Shown here: positions 8,881 to 16,935 of the stretch, piece after piece
Layout of the letters: each line of letters begins with the position of its first letter
Numbering within the stretch: position 1 is the first letter of the stretch
Source: an uncultured Alphaproteobacteria bacterium
GTDB taxonomy: Bacteria; Pseudomonadota; Alphaproteobacteria; CAAHEQ01; UBA3637
Assembly: GCA_944392555.1 (NCBI GenBank)
Contig: CALXWZ010000004.1
Coordinates: 26,525-90,524, forward strand
DNA length: 64,000 bases
Direction of reading: 5' to 3'
The notes under the pieces: generated by a model
Database searches by the model: none
What the model saw: the letters and a program-made list of their open reading frames with translations, nothing else
What the model was told of the DNA's origin: nothing
Program-made: the position numbers and the translations under genes

Positions 8881-10035
8881 TTAAAGCTCAATTTTTTCGT
8901 TAAAGTATCCTACTTTTTTCTTAAAATACCGTGTTGTTGGAATTTTTTTTGCTCTTGCTGCGCGCTGAATAGTGCGATTCGTTTTGCCCGTGAGTTTTGA
9001 AATTTCTTTGCAAGTAGTCCAAGGCGATATTTTATTAAGCCCATAACTTTGATAATCGGACAATAACTTATTTATATATTTTAATATTTCTTTTTTGCGT
9101 TCTTGTTTTTTGTCATCAGATAAAGTCGGATTAATTCTTTTTAACTTTTCTGTACAATTTAATAATGCCGCATATGCATTTTCAATAAAATCTTCCTGTT
9201 TTGATGTAAAAATCACTCCATTTTTATTTTTTTGATACAATCCAGTATGTTTTGTTAAGAAATACGCATTTAAATCAGCGATGTTTACAGACTCCTTTCT
9301 ATGATGACAACTAGAAATCTTATTTTCTTTCAACATCTTCTTAATTGTTCTATGGTCGCATTTAAATATTTTTGTCAGAGCGCTGACAGGGATTCCAACT
9401 TGTCCAGCCCTAGCAATAATCATTGCAGGCGTTCTTTTTGTCGCCTCAATATACCCATATTTCCAAAAAACGCTATCATCATTTCTTAGTTCTTCTAATC
9501 TTTCTTCTATTTCTTCATACAGGGTCGAATAACCATCAAATTTTGTATCTTTCAAAAAATCATAAAACAGTTCTATGACTTTTTGATATTCATTACCCGA
9601 CTTTTTTCGACATAGATAAATTACCATTTTCTCAAATAAATCATCTTTAAACATTTGATGATGTGTAGTCCTCTGATCCTTAGAAACCCTGTGATGAAAA
9701 AAAACATTGGCTAGTAGCCGTATTTCTTCTGTTTTCAACATTTCATTTGGTTCTTTTAAAGATGTACACAAACAACAATACATCATAGAAGTTTCAATAT
9801 TATGTGCCAATTGAATCAATGCGTTTTCTTTTTGAAGCGATGCATCTTCTTTTTTAGCTGGAAAAAATTTATTACAAAAACGTGAAAGTCTCTCTGCATA
9901 AGCGATAGCAGTTCCTAGTCGATATTTCTTTAGGGTATCATCTTTTTTTTGTTGCACTAACCAATAAATAAAGTCTGTCCAATAAATAAAGTCTGTTTGG
10001 ATGGAACTTTTATATTTATAATTTTTTTTCTTCAT
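8881..10035 (-). CDS. Hypothetical protein with probable helix-turn-helix segments
   Basis: 384-aa ORF. VSALTKIFKCDHRTIKKM and CKEISKLTGKTNRTIQRAAR resemble excisionase/MerR-type HTH segments. Confidence 0.6.
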   Translation of the reverse strand: MKKKNYKYKSSIQTDFIYWTDFIYWLVQQKKDDTLKKYRLGTAIAYAERLSRFCNKFFPAKKEDASLQKENALIQLAHNIETSMMYCCLCTSLKEPNEMLKTEEIRLLANVFFHHRVSKDQRTTHHQMFKDDLFEKMVIYLCRKKSGNEYQKVIELFYDFLKDTKFDGYSTLYEEIEERLEELRNDDSVFWKYGYIEATKRTPAMIIARAGQVGIPVSALTKIFKCDHRTIKKMLKENKISSCHHRKESVNIADLNAYFLTKHTGLYQKNKNGVIFTSKQEDFIENAYAALLNCTEKLKRINPTLSDDKKQERKKEILKYINKLLSDYQSYGLNKISPWTTCKEISKLTGKTNRTIQRAARAKKIPTTRYFKKKVGYFNEKIEL

Positions 10036-10098
10036 TTTACGACTTCCTTTTTTTCATAATAACCTATTACTTTATAAAAGTAAAACCGAAAATTAAGA

Positions 10099-10746
10099 CT
10101 AACTAAAAAAAGAATTGGCTTTAATTGTATATAATAAATTTAAAAGAAAATCCCCCACAAAATAATCATCTATAATATCATTTTTTGTTAATGGCAGGGT
10201 TTTGTATTCAATAGTCTCTCTTGTCTCTTTATCTAAAATACGATGCTCTACTTTGATTTTAGGGATAGCATTATCTAAAAGACATATTAAGTCATCTACA
10301 TTTACTTTTACAATGGATTTTACTTCTTTATCTGAAACCAACATATTAAAATCCGGCAAGTCAAAATTGACTGGAATTCCATAAATGTGTTGAAACTCTC
10401 TTAATTTATATTTTACAGTTAAATCTTTATTTATTCTACGTATACCAATAAAATAGGCGTTATCCATAATTTCTTTATCTAACCCCAATTCTTCTTTTGC
10501 TTCCCGATATAAACCATCTAATGGCGTTTCATTGTCCTCTATATGACCTCCAACAGCAAAATCTATATAATCTGGTCTGTCAAAGCCATAGTTATCTTTT
10601 GGATAGATTGTTTGAAAGAAAATTATTTTTTTGGCAGGATTATACACAATCCCAGTAGCGACTTTATGCCAATAGCCTTTTATATGAGCTTCTTTTTTAT
10701 CAACAGGTCCAATATATACCATATTCTTGTCATATCTACTGATCAT
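10099..10746 (-). CDS. NUDIX hydrolase (IDI-like subfamily)
   Basis: GGHIEDNETPLDGLYREAKEELGL Nudix box; AHIKGYWH N-terminal motif. Confidence 0.85.
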   Translation of the reverse strand: MISRYDKNMVYIGPVDKKEAHIKGYWHKVATGIVYNPAKKIIFFQTIYPKDNYGFDRPDYIDFAVGGHIEDNETPLDGLYREAKEELGLDKEIMDNAYFIGIRRINKDLTVKYKLREFQHIYGIPVNFDLPDFNMLVSDKEVKSIVKVNVDDLICLLDNAIPKIKVEHRILDKETRETIEYKTLPLTKNDIIDDYFVGDFLLNLLYTIKANSFFS

Positions 10747-10885
10747 TGCTTACTTCCCCCAGTATTTTTATATATTTTCTGCAATGAATAAAGCAAGTAT
10801 AGTATAATTTTTATAAAAGTAAAACCATTTTGAAACCAAAAAGTTAAGATTTTGTATGGATATTTAAGATGTTGGCATTTGTTTC

Positions 10886-10913
10886 AACCTTTGTATACGT
10901 ATAGGCAAAGGTT
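10886..10913 (+). repeat. 28-bp imperfect palindrome, copy 3 (AACCTTTGTATACGTATAGGCAAAGGTT)
   Basis: Best dyad symmetry, extending to TTTCAACCTTTG/CAAAGGTTGAAA at 10882-10917. Confidence 0.8.
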
Positions 10914-11238
10914 GAAATGAGCAATCATACTGAATAAGCATAGCCTCTCATTGGCTCTCGCATGTAAAGGCCTTGTCTAAAAATGAGCCAATTAACGATG
11001 TTGCATTTAATTTTGATGACTGGGATGTGCCGGTCGGGCTCCCAAGGTCCTCTAGATTGCAGATAGGGCTCCCGAGATGGTGGCGGTGTGGATGGTCTAA
11101 TTCAACTTCCGGCCCTAAGGGCAGGTTTAGATAGCTTGCTCAAGTTGTAATTGAAAAGAAAGGCTTTCAATTAAACGATACAAATCATCAATTTCTTTGA
11201 TATTATTAGCTCGGTATTCGCTAAGCACGTTGTACCAA

Positions 11239-11277
11239 AACCCCTTCAACGCAAATCGCATTGAGGGGGTTATTTTT
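11239..11277 (+). terminator. Intrinsic terminator-like hairpin at the island boundary
   Basis: AACCCCTTCAACGC / GCATTGAGGGGGTT followed by ATTTTT. Confidence 0.6.
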
Positions 11278-11353
11278 ATATTCTATAAGAAAAAACTTGT
11301 TTCAGAAAGCGGCTACTCATTTATTTTTGTTTTAAGCTCAGAGAATTTTTTGG

Positions 11354-11382
11354 TTGCAAATTAAAAATATTTTGTTTAGAAT
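11354..11382 (+). promoter_or_regulatory. Sigma70 promoter, unit 1
   Basis: TTGCAA-17 bp-TAGAAT, conserved in all three units. Confidence 0.75.
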
Positions 11383-11387
11383 AAGCG

Positions 11388-11442
11388 AGCCTGGTTGTTT
11401 ATGCCCGCCAGGCTAGGATTTGACAGTCCGAGAAGTAGTAAG
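11388..11442 (+). promoter_or_regulatory. C4 a1/b1-like cis target region, unit 1
   Basis: Hairpin AGCCTGG/CCAGGCT, then GGA-TTTGACAG-TCC loop and AAGTAGTAAG, complementary to 11565-11571 and 11551-11560. Confidence 0.65.
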
Positions 11443-11487
11443 GGCAGAAAATATCTGCCGGCATCTGCCACGGGTGATGCGTTATGC

Positions 11488-11591
11488 GTCGGGCTGGGGG
11501 TGGATGCCTGCCAAATAGAGGTATTCACCTGAATAAGCAGGGCTATTTTGCTTACTACTTATAGCTGTCAACATCCACCCGCCTTTACGAC
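11488..11591 (+). ncRNA. C4/CI-like antisense RNA, unit 1
   Basis: Closing stem GGGTGGATG/CATCCACCC, arm CCTGC/GCAGG, and arm GCTAT/ATAGC displaying a variable loop followed by a variable single-stranded segment. Confidence 0.7.
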
Positions 11592-11636
11592 ACAGGTGGG
11601 TTTCGTGTTTTAAAAGAGGCAGAGAAAGGTGGGAAA

Positions 11637-11825
11637 ATGAAAGAGAATAACGACACACTCAATCAAGTAATGCTTAAATGTGCATGGGAATTAAGCGCGA
11701 GTAATCCACCCGAAATTACGGATGAAGAAATGCCCGCGTTGATTAAAGATTATCGCCGAAAAATTTTAATTGAACAAATTAAATATGTATGGCGAAAAAT
11801 TGCATTTTATTTGTTCCCGTTTTAA
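11637..11825 (+). CDS. Small 62-aa protein downstream of C4-like RNA 1
   Basis: GAAAGG RBS; paralog at 12455 with mostly silent nucleotide differences in the shared part. Confidence 0.75.
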   Translation: MKENNDTLNQVMLKCAWELSASNPPEITDEEMPALIKDYRRKILIEQIKYVWRKIAFYLFPF

Positions 11826-11843
11826 GTGCGGTGAATTTTTTAG

Positions 11844-11872
11844 TTGCAAATAAAAATTATTTCGTTTAGAAT
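11844..11872 (+). promoter_or_regulatory. Sigma70 promoter, unit 2
   Basis: TTGCAA-17 bp-TAGAAT. Confidence 0.75.
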
Positions 11873-11977
11873 AAATACGCTTGGTTGATTATGCCCGCCA
11901 AGCTAGGATTTAGTAGTCCGAGCGTCTATGAGGGCAGAAAATATCTGTCGGCATCCGCCACAGGGCGACGTTTATGC

Positions 11978-12080
11978 GTCAAGCTGAGGGTGGATGCCTG
12001 CCAAATAGAGGTGTCCGCCTGAATAAGCAGGGCTATTTTTCTCATAGACGATAGCTACTAACATCCACCCGCCTTACGAC
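11978..12080 (+). ncRNA. C4/CI-like antisense RNA, unit 2
   Basis: Same scaffold. CTCATAGACG (12041-12050) and CTACTAA (12055-12061) are complementary to upstream CGTCTATGAG (11923-11932) and TTAGTAG (11910-11916). Confidence 0.7.
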
Positions 12081-12126
12081 ACAGGTGGGTTTTGCGTTTT
12101 TAAAGGTGGCAGAGAAAGGTGGGAAA

Positions 12127-12171
12127 ATGAAAAAGAATGACGACACATTGAATAACGCATCATTTTTTTAG
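12127..12171 (+). pseudogene. Truncated copy of the small ORF (MKKNDDTLNNASFF*)
   Basis: Same RBS and similar first codons to 11637 and 12455, then interrupted by the start of unit 3. Confidence 0.7.
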
Positions 12172-12200
12172 TTGCAATTTTAAAATGTTTCGTTTAAAGT
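12172..12200 (+). promoter_or_regulatory. Sigma70 promoter, unit 3
   Basis: TTGCAA-17 bp-TAAAGT. Confidence 0.7.
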
Positions 12201-12305
12201 AAACGGGCTTGGTTGTTCATGCCCGCCAAGCTAGGACGTAACAATCTGATAATCAGCAAGGGCAGTGAAGACTGTCGGCATCCGCCACAGAGCGACGCTT
12301 TATGC

Positions 12306-12409
12306 GTTAGGCAAAGGGTGGATGCCTGCTAAATAGGGATATCCGCCCGAATAGGCAGGGCTATTTTTCTTGCTGATTATAGTTGTTAACATCCACCCGC
12401 CTTTACGAC
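12306..12409 (+). ncRNA. C4/CI-like antisense RNA, unit 3
   Basis: Same scaffold. CTTGCTGATTAT (12369-12380) and TTGTTA (12383-12388) are complementary to upstream ATAATCAGCAAG (12249-12260) and TAACAA (12239-12244). Confidence 0.7.
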
Positions 12410-12454
12410 ACAGGTGGGTTTCGTATTTTAAAAGAGGCAGAGAAAGGTGGGAAA

Positions 12455-12643
12455 ATGAAAGAGAATAACGACACACTCAATCAAGTAATGCTTAAATGTG
12501 CATGGGAGTTAAGTGCGAGCAATCCGCCCGAAATTACGGATGAAGAAATGCCCGCGTTGGTTAAAGACTATCGCCGAAAAATTTTGCTTGCCAAAATTAA
12601 GTATGGCATAAATAAATTGCTGGTTGCTTTATTTGGGAGCTAA
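12455..12643 (+). CDS. Small 62-aa protein downstream of C4-like RNA 3
   Basis: Paralog of 11637-11825; the true start is the ATG at 12455 after the GAAAGG RBS. Confidence 0.75.
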   Translation: MKENNDTLNQVMLKCAWELSASNPPEITDEEMPALVKDYRRKILLAKIKYGINKLLVALFGS

Positions 12644-12731
12644 CTTAAGAATCGTTATGCAAAGCCACACGCGCGGTCAGTGCGAACAGCCCACGTTGCA
12701 GGTAAATATACTCAAAGATAAAGAATAAATT

Positions 12732-14534
12732 TTATTCGTCCCCGATTTTAAGGGCTTGAATAAAAGCGCTTTGCGGAATTTCTACATTCCCGAATTGACG
12801 CATTTTCTTCTTTCCCTCTTTTTGTTTTTCAAGCAACTTACGCTTACGGGTAATATCACCGCCATAGCATTTTGCCGTTACATCTTTCCGATAAGCCGAA
12901 ATATCTTCCCGCGCGATAATTTTACCGCCGATACTGGCTTGAATCGGAATTTTAAATTGATGACGCGGAATCAGTGTTTTAAGGCGTTCGCAAATTTGTC
13001 GACCGCGACGCTCGGCTTGCGAACGGTGCACTAAAAAGGCCATTGCATCCACTTGTTCACCGTTGACCATAATATTGACGCGAACTAAATCGCTCTTTTC
13101 ATAGTCGGACACCTCATAATCAAAACTGGCATACCCGCGCGAAATGGATTTTAACCTATCATAAAAATCAAACACAATTTCATTAAGCGGTAAGTGATAG
13201 ACTACCATTGCCCGATTGCCGACGTAGGTTAAATCTTTTTGCACACCGCGACGTTCCGTGCAGAGTTGCAAAATACTGCCCAAGTATTCATCCGGCGTCA
13301 TAATCGTTGCTTTGACCCATGGCTCCTCAATGAACTGAATGGTGCTGGGATCCGGCATATCGGCAGGATTATGCATCGTCATCACATCACCGTTAGTCAG
13401 GTGAACTTGATACGCAACCGAGGGCGCCGTTGTAATTAAATCCAGATTAAATTCACGGCTTAATCGCTCTTGAATGATTTCCATGTGCAACAAGCCTAAA
13501 AATCCGCATCGGAATCCTTGTCCGAGCGCCATGGATTTATCAGGCGTAAATTGAAAGGAGGCATCATTTAATTGCAATTTCCCGAGTGATTCTTTTAAAT
13601 TTTCATAGTCGCTCATATCCACGGGGAATAAAGAGCAAAACACTACCGATAAACTGGGTTTAAATCCGGGGAGGGGGCTTGGCGTTGGGTTTTTATCATC
13701 GGTAATCGTATCGCCCACGCGCGTTTCGCCGATGGATTTAATGCCACAAATAATAAAGCCGAGTTCCCCTGTGCCGATTTGTTCGGAATCCGTCATTTTG
13801 GGCGTAAAATACCCCAATCGCTCCACCTTATACACGGCATCGGTTGCCATCATCCGAATGCTCATCCCTTTTTTCAATGTGCCGTCAATAACGCGCACAA
13901 GAACAATAATTCCCAAATATGCATCATACCAAGAATCAACCAGCATGGCTTTTAACGGGGCGGTTGCATCGCCTGTCGGTGCAGGCAGTTGCGTAACAAT
14001 TGTTTCCAGCACTTCATCAATCCCAATGCCTGTTTTGGCAGAAATCAACGGCGCTTCCGAGGCATCAATACCGATAACATCTTCTATTTGCGCTTTCACC
14101 CGTTCCGGATCGGCAGCCGGTAAATCAATTTTATTGATAACGGGCACAATTTCATGATTGGCATCCAACGCTTTATAAACATTTGCCAACGTTTGCGCCT
14201 CAACGCCTTGCGACGCATCAACAACCAACAGCGAACCTTCGCACGCAGCCAAAGATCGGCTGACTTCATACCCAAAATCTACATGCCCCGGCGTATCAAT
14301 TAAATTCAGAATGTATTTTTCGCCGTCCTCGGCTTGATAATTTAAGCGAACGGTTTGGGCTTTAATCGTAATACCACGTTCGCGCTCAATATCCATATTA
14401 TCCAGCAACTGTTCTTTCATTTCACGATCGGAAACGGCACCGCATTTTTGAATTAATCTGTCTGCCAAGGTGGATTTGCCGTGGTCAATATGGGCAACAA
14501 TGGAAAAATTGCGAATATGTGATAAATCTGTCAT
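12732..14534 (-). CDS. lepA: Translation elongation factor 4 (LepA)
   Basis: [56 protein letters not shown]. Confidence 0.98.
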   Translation of the reverse strand: MTDLSHIRNFSIVAHIDHGKSTLADRLIQKCGAVSDREMKEQLLDNMDIERERGITIKAQTVRLNYQAEDGEKYILNLIDTPGHVDFGYEVSRSLAACEGSLLVVDASQGVEAQTLANVYKALDANHEIVPVINKIDLPAADPERVKAQIEDVIGIDASEAPLISAKTGIGIDEVLETIVTQLPAPTGDATAPLKAMLVDSWYDAYLGIIVLVRVIDGTLKKGMSIRMMATDAVYKVERLGYFTPKMTDSEQIGTGELGFIICGIKSIGETRVGDTITDDKNPTPSPLPGFKPSLSVVFCSLFPVDMSDYENLKESLGKLQLNDASFQFTPDKSMALGQGFRCGFLGLLHMEIIQERLSREFNLDLITTAPSVAYQVHLTNGDVMTMHNPADMPDPSTIQFIEEPWVKATIMTPDEYLGSILQLCTERRGVQKDLTYVGNRAMVVYHLPLNEIVFDFYDRLKSISRGYASFDYEVSDYEKSDLVRVNIMVNGEQVDAMAFLVHRSQAERRGRQICERLKTLIPRHQFKIPIQASIGGKIIAREDISAYRKDVTAKCYGGDITRKRKLLEKQKEGKKKMRQFGNVEIPQSAFIQALKIGDE

Positions 14535-14729
14535 TTCGGTAAAGTCCTTATATTTTGAGGCACTGCAATCAGGCTTAATCATTATTTTTATGCAGAGCCT
14601 TGTGTGTTAATATCCGTTTAAATGTGCGCCGATTATACCCGAAATGTTTTTAAAATGCAAGCACCTTTTCAAAGCAACTTATCACGTGCCGTATTCGTAA
14701 ATATGGCGAGGCGATGACGTTCGGTTTTG

Positions 14730-15629
14730 TTATTTAGAGGTGGATTCGGGAGTTTTACGTTTTAAGAAGTGGTTTTTAATTTCCGTGCCGATGGTATCAA
14801 ACCGATTCAAAACAATCATACCGGCCGAGGCGCAAATTTCTTTCTTTCGGCGAGCCGTTTCGGCAGAAGTTTGCGTATCGCTTCCTAAAAGCGGTTTAAT
14901 GTTTTTTTTGTGCGGTCGTCCGGCCAGATAGATGAAAACGGGTTTCTTTGTTTTTTTCTTTTTGAGATAGACAGCCAATTCCGTTTCAAACTGACTGTTA
15001 ATTTTGCCGACGATTAAAATCGCCTTTGTTTTCGGATCGGCAATCATTGTTTCCATAACGGGCACAAACGAGGTACATAATATGGCAGCCGAGCCGATGC
15101 CGACGCAAGTAGATACACCCAATCCGTTGGCACCGAGTTGTTGCACAAATTCATACGTGAGTGAACTGGAGCGTGAAATAATGCCGATGTTCCCTTTCGG
15201 AAATAAATGTGCCGGCATATTTCCGGCCAATACCTGCTCGGGCACAACAATGCCGGGCGATGAGGGGCCTAAAACGCAAACTTTATATTGTTGCGCCAAT
15301 TCGCGCATTTTTAAAGCATCGTGATAAGGCACGTCTGTGGTTGTGCAAATCACCATCGGCACACGCGCTTTAACGGCTTCTTCAACATCGGCATAGACCC
15401 GATTCGGGTTGGAGAAAATAACGCTGATATCCGGTTTTGTTTTGCGCACCGCTTCTTTGACCGTGGGAAATACGGGTAAATCCAGAAATTTTTTGACGCC
15501 CTTATCGCGTGAAACACCGCCCACGATATGACTGCCGTAAGCAATGGCACGTTCTGTATGTGCGCCACCCGTTGTGCCCGTAATGCCTTGACAGATAATG
15601 TTTGTTTCTTTCGTCGGGAATTTAATCAT
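14730..15629 (-). CDS. sucD: Succinyl-CoA synthetase alpha subunit homolog (degenerate active site)
   Basis: ICQGITG, YGSHIVGGV, LPVFPTVKEAV, GPSSPG, SRSSSLTYE, KPV. The GHAGA motif is absent. Confidence 0.75.
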   Translation of the reverse strand: MIKFPTKETNIICQGITGTTGGAHTERAIAYGSHIVGGVSRDKGVKKFLDLPVFPTVKEAVRKTKPDISVIFSNPNRVYADVEEAVKARVPMVICTTTDVPYHDALKMRELAQQYKVCVLGPSSPGIVVPEQVLAGNMPAHLFPKGNIGIISRSSSLTYEFVQQLGANGLGVSTCVGIGSAAILCTSFVPVMETMIADPKTKAILIVGKINSQFETELAVYLKKKKTKKPVFIYLAGRPHKKNIKPLLGSDTQTSAETARRKKEICASAGMIVLNRFDTIGTEIKNHFLKRKTPESTSK

Positions 15630-16786
15630 AATTGCGATTCCTCCACGGCTTGAACGATAGCCCGAACGGCTTGTTCGGGTTGCTTGATAACCACAAACGG
15701 CAATCGGCTTTCAAAAATTAACCGTTCGCCCACGTTGGCATTCGTGCCGTCCATTCGCACGACGAGCGGAATGCCTACGGATATTTCTTTTGATGCGTCA
15801 ATTAACCCCTGCGCAATGGTATCGCAACGGGTTAATCCGCCGAAGATATTGATAAAAATGCCTTCAACGTTCGGCTCCGAAAGAGCTAATTTAAAGGCGC
15901 GTGTGACGGCGTTTCCCGTCGGCTCCGTGCCGACATCCAATAAGCAGGCGGGTCGGCCGTTATGCGCCTCCAACAATTCCACGGTTGCCGCGCCCAATCC
16001 CGAGCCGTTGACAAGACACGCAATATTGCCGTTAAACGGTGTATATTTAAAATGATAACGCTCTGCCAAGGCTTCACGCTCACGCCCCGTCGGCACTTCT
16101 TTTAGTGACATAATATCCGGAAACCGTTCAATCGCTTCATCATCAAAAGCAATGCGACATTCGCCGATAACCCACTTATGGCGCGGTGTTAAAATAAGGG
16201 GATTGATTTCCACACCGATGGCATCATACGTTTTAAAGATGTTAAACATCTGTCGCAAAATGTTCAGCAGTGTTGTTTGGGGCAAGCCCTTAACGCCGAA
16301 TGCCTGAATCACCCGATACCAATATAAAAGCGTCGGGCGCATGTGAGATATTTCAAATTCTTCTGTTCGATTGTTGGCCAATACGGTGAAAATATAGCAG
16401 TTTCGTGCTAAATCCAACCGAAGAGATATGCCGAATGATTGTTCAATTTCTACCGTTTCTTCAATATAGACGCGATTAACGACTTGCCCGGCATAATTCA
16501 TCGTCGGCGATAAAAATAAATGCGTTAACATACTTTCGGTTATTTCCCGCACCTCCTCGGGTGAGGTTGCAATTTGAACACCGCCACGTTTGTCTTCCGG
16601 AGCATCTACAAAATTACCGGTTGCACGATTAGGATCATAAATTTGCGCCTTTACCTGCCATGACGTGCCACCGATTTCGGTTGCAATTTGTTGCGCCTCT
16701 TCAGGCGTATAAGCCACTCTTCCTTTTAAAACGGGCAGATTATATGATTTAAAAATACGTTTGTTTTGATACTCGTGAATTTCCAT
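15626..16786 (-). CDS. sucC: Succinyl-CoA synthetase beta subunit homolog (divergent)
   Basis: MEIHEYQ, VKAQI, EINPL, GNIACLVNGSGL, NIFGGLTRCD, PLVVRMDGTN. Confidence 0.8.
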   Translation of the reverse strand: MEIHEYQNKRIFKSYNLPVLKGRVAYTPEEAQQIATEIGGTSWQVKAQIYDPNRATGNFVDAPEDKRGGVQIATSPEEVREITESMLTHLFLSPTMNYAGQVVNRVYIEETVEIEQSFGISLRLDLARNCYIFTVLANNRTEEFEISHMRPTLLYWYRVIQAFGVKGLPQTTLLNILRQMFNIFKTYDAIGVEINPLILTPRHKWVIGECRIAFDDEAIERFPDIMSLKEVPTGREREALAERYHFKYTPFNGNIACLVNGSGLGAATVELLEAHNGRPACLLDVGTEPTGNAVTRAFKLALSEPNVEGIFINIFGGLTRCDTIAQGLIDASKEISVGIPLVVRMDGTNANVGERLIFESRLPFVVIKQPEQAVRAIVQAVEESQL

Positions 16787-16906
16787 GGTATTCCGTTTCA
16801 TCATCAAGAAAATCAATTCTGTTTGCAGTTTGGCATAAAATAAAGGCGATGTCCAGCGCTTTTTCGTTTATGACGTGTTTTCGTGAGGAATTTCAATAAA
16901 AAGCTG

Positions 16907-16935
16907 TTGACAAATCGGTAAAATCCGTATATAGA
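16907..16935 (+). promoter_or_regulatory. Sigma70 promoter of rho
   Basis: TTGACA-17 bp-TATAGA. Confidence 0.6.

Larger units (their letters stand above)
1..11237. mobile_element. Right portion of an AT-rich integrated genomic island (restriction-modification/defence and mobile-element cargo)
   Basis: Visibly more AT-rich than the core genes from 12.7 kb onward. Contains three DNA methyltransferases, a nuclease fusion, DUF3768-like and HUH-motif ORFs. No integrase lies inside the window; the right boundary is inferred. Confidence 0.7.
11341..12643 (+). repeat. Three tandem promoter-RNA-ORF units (offsets 490 and 328 bp)
   Basis: Near-identical scaffold (ATGCCCGCCA, GGCATCYGCCAC, GGGTGGATGCCTGC, CATCCACCCGCCTT, AGAGAAAGGTGGGAAAATGAAA) repeated three times. 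Confidence 0.95.

Noticed and set aside
9961-9996. 18-bp tandem duplication encoding TDFIYW twice
   Set aside because: Real, but an in-frame slippage-type duplication with no evidence of function.
11060-11100. TGGTGGCGG as the reverse complement of a tRNA/tmRNA CCA end
   Set aside because: No adjacent T-arm (GTTCRA) or cloverleaf can be built.
12383-12454. N-terminal extension of the 86-aa ORF in the track
   Set aside because: It overlaps the structured RNA; the paralog and RBS place the start at 12455.
11341-12643. Tandem units read as a CRISPR array
   Set aside because: Units are 330-490 bp, each with a promoter, and the variable parts are short and self-complementary within the unit, unlike repeat-spacer arrays.
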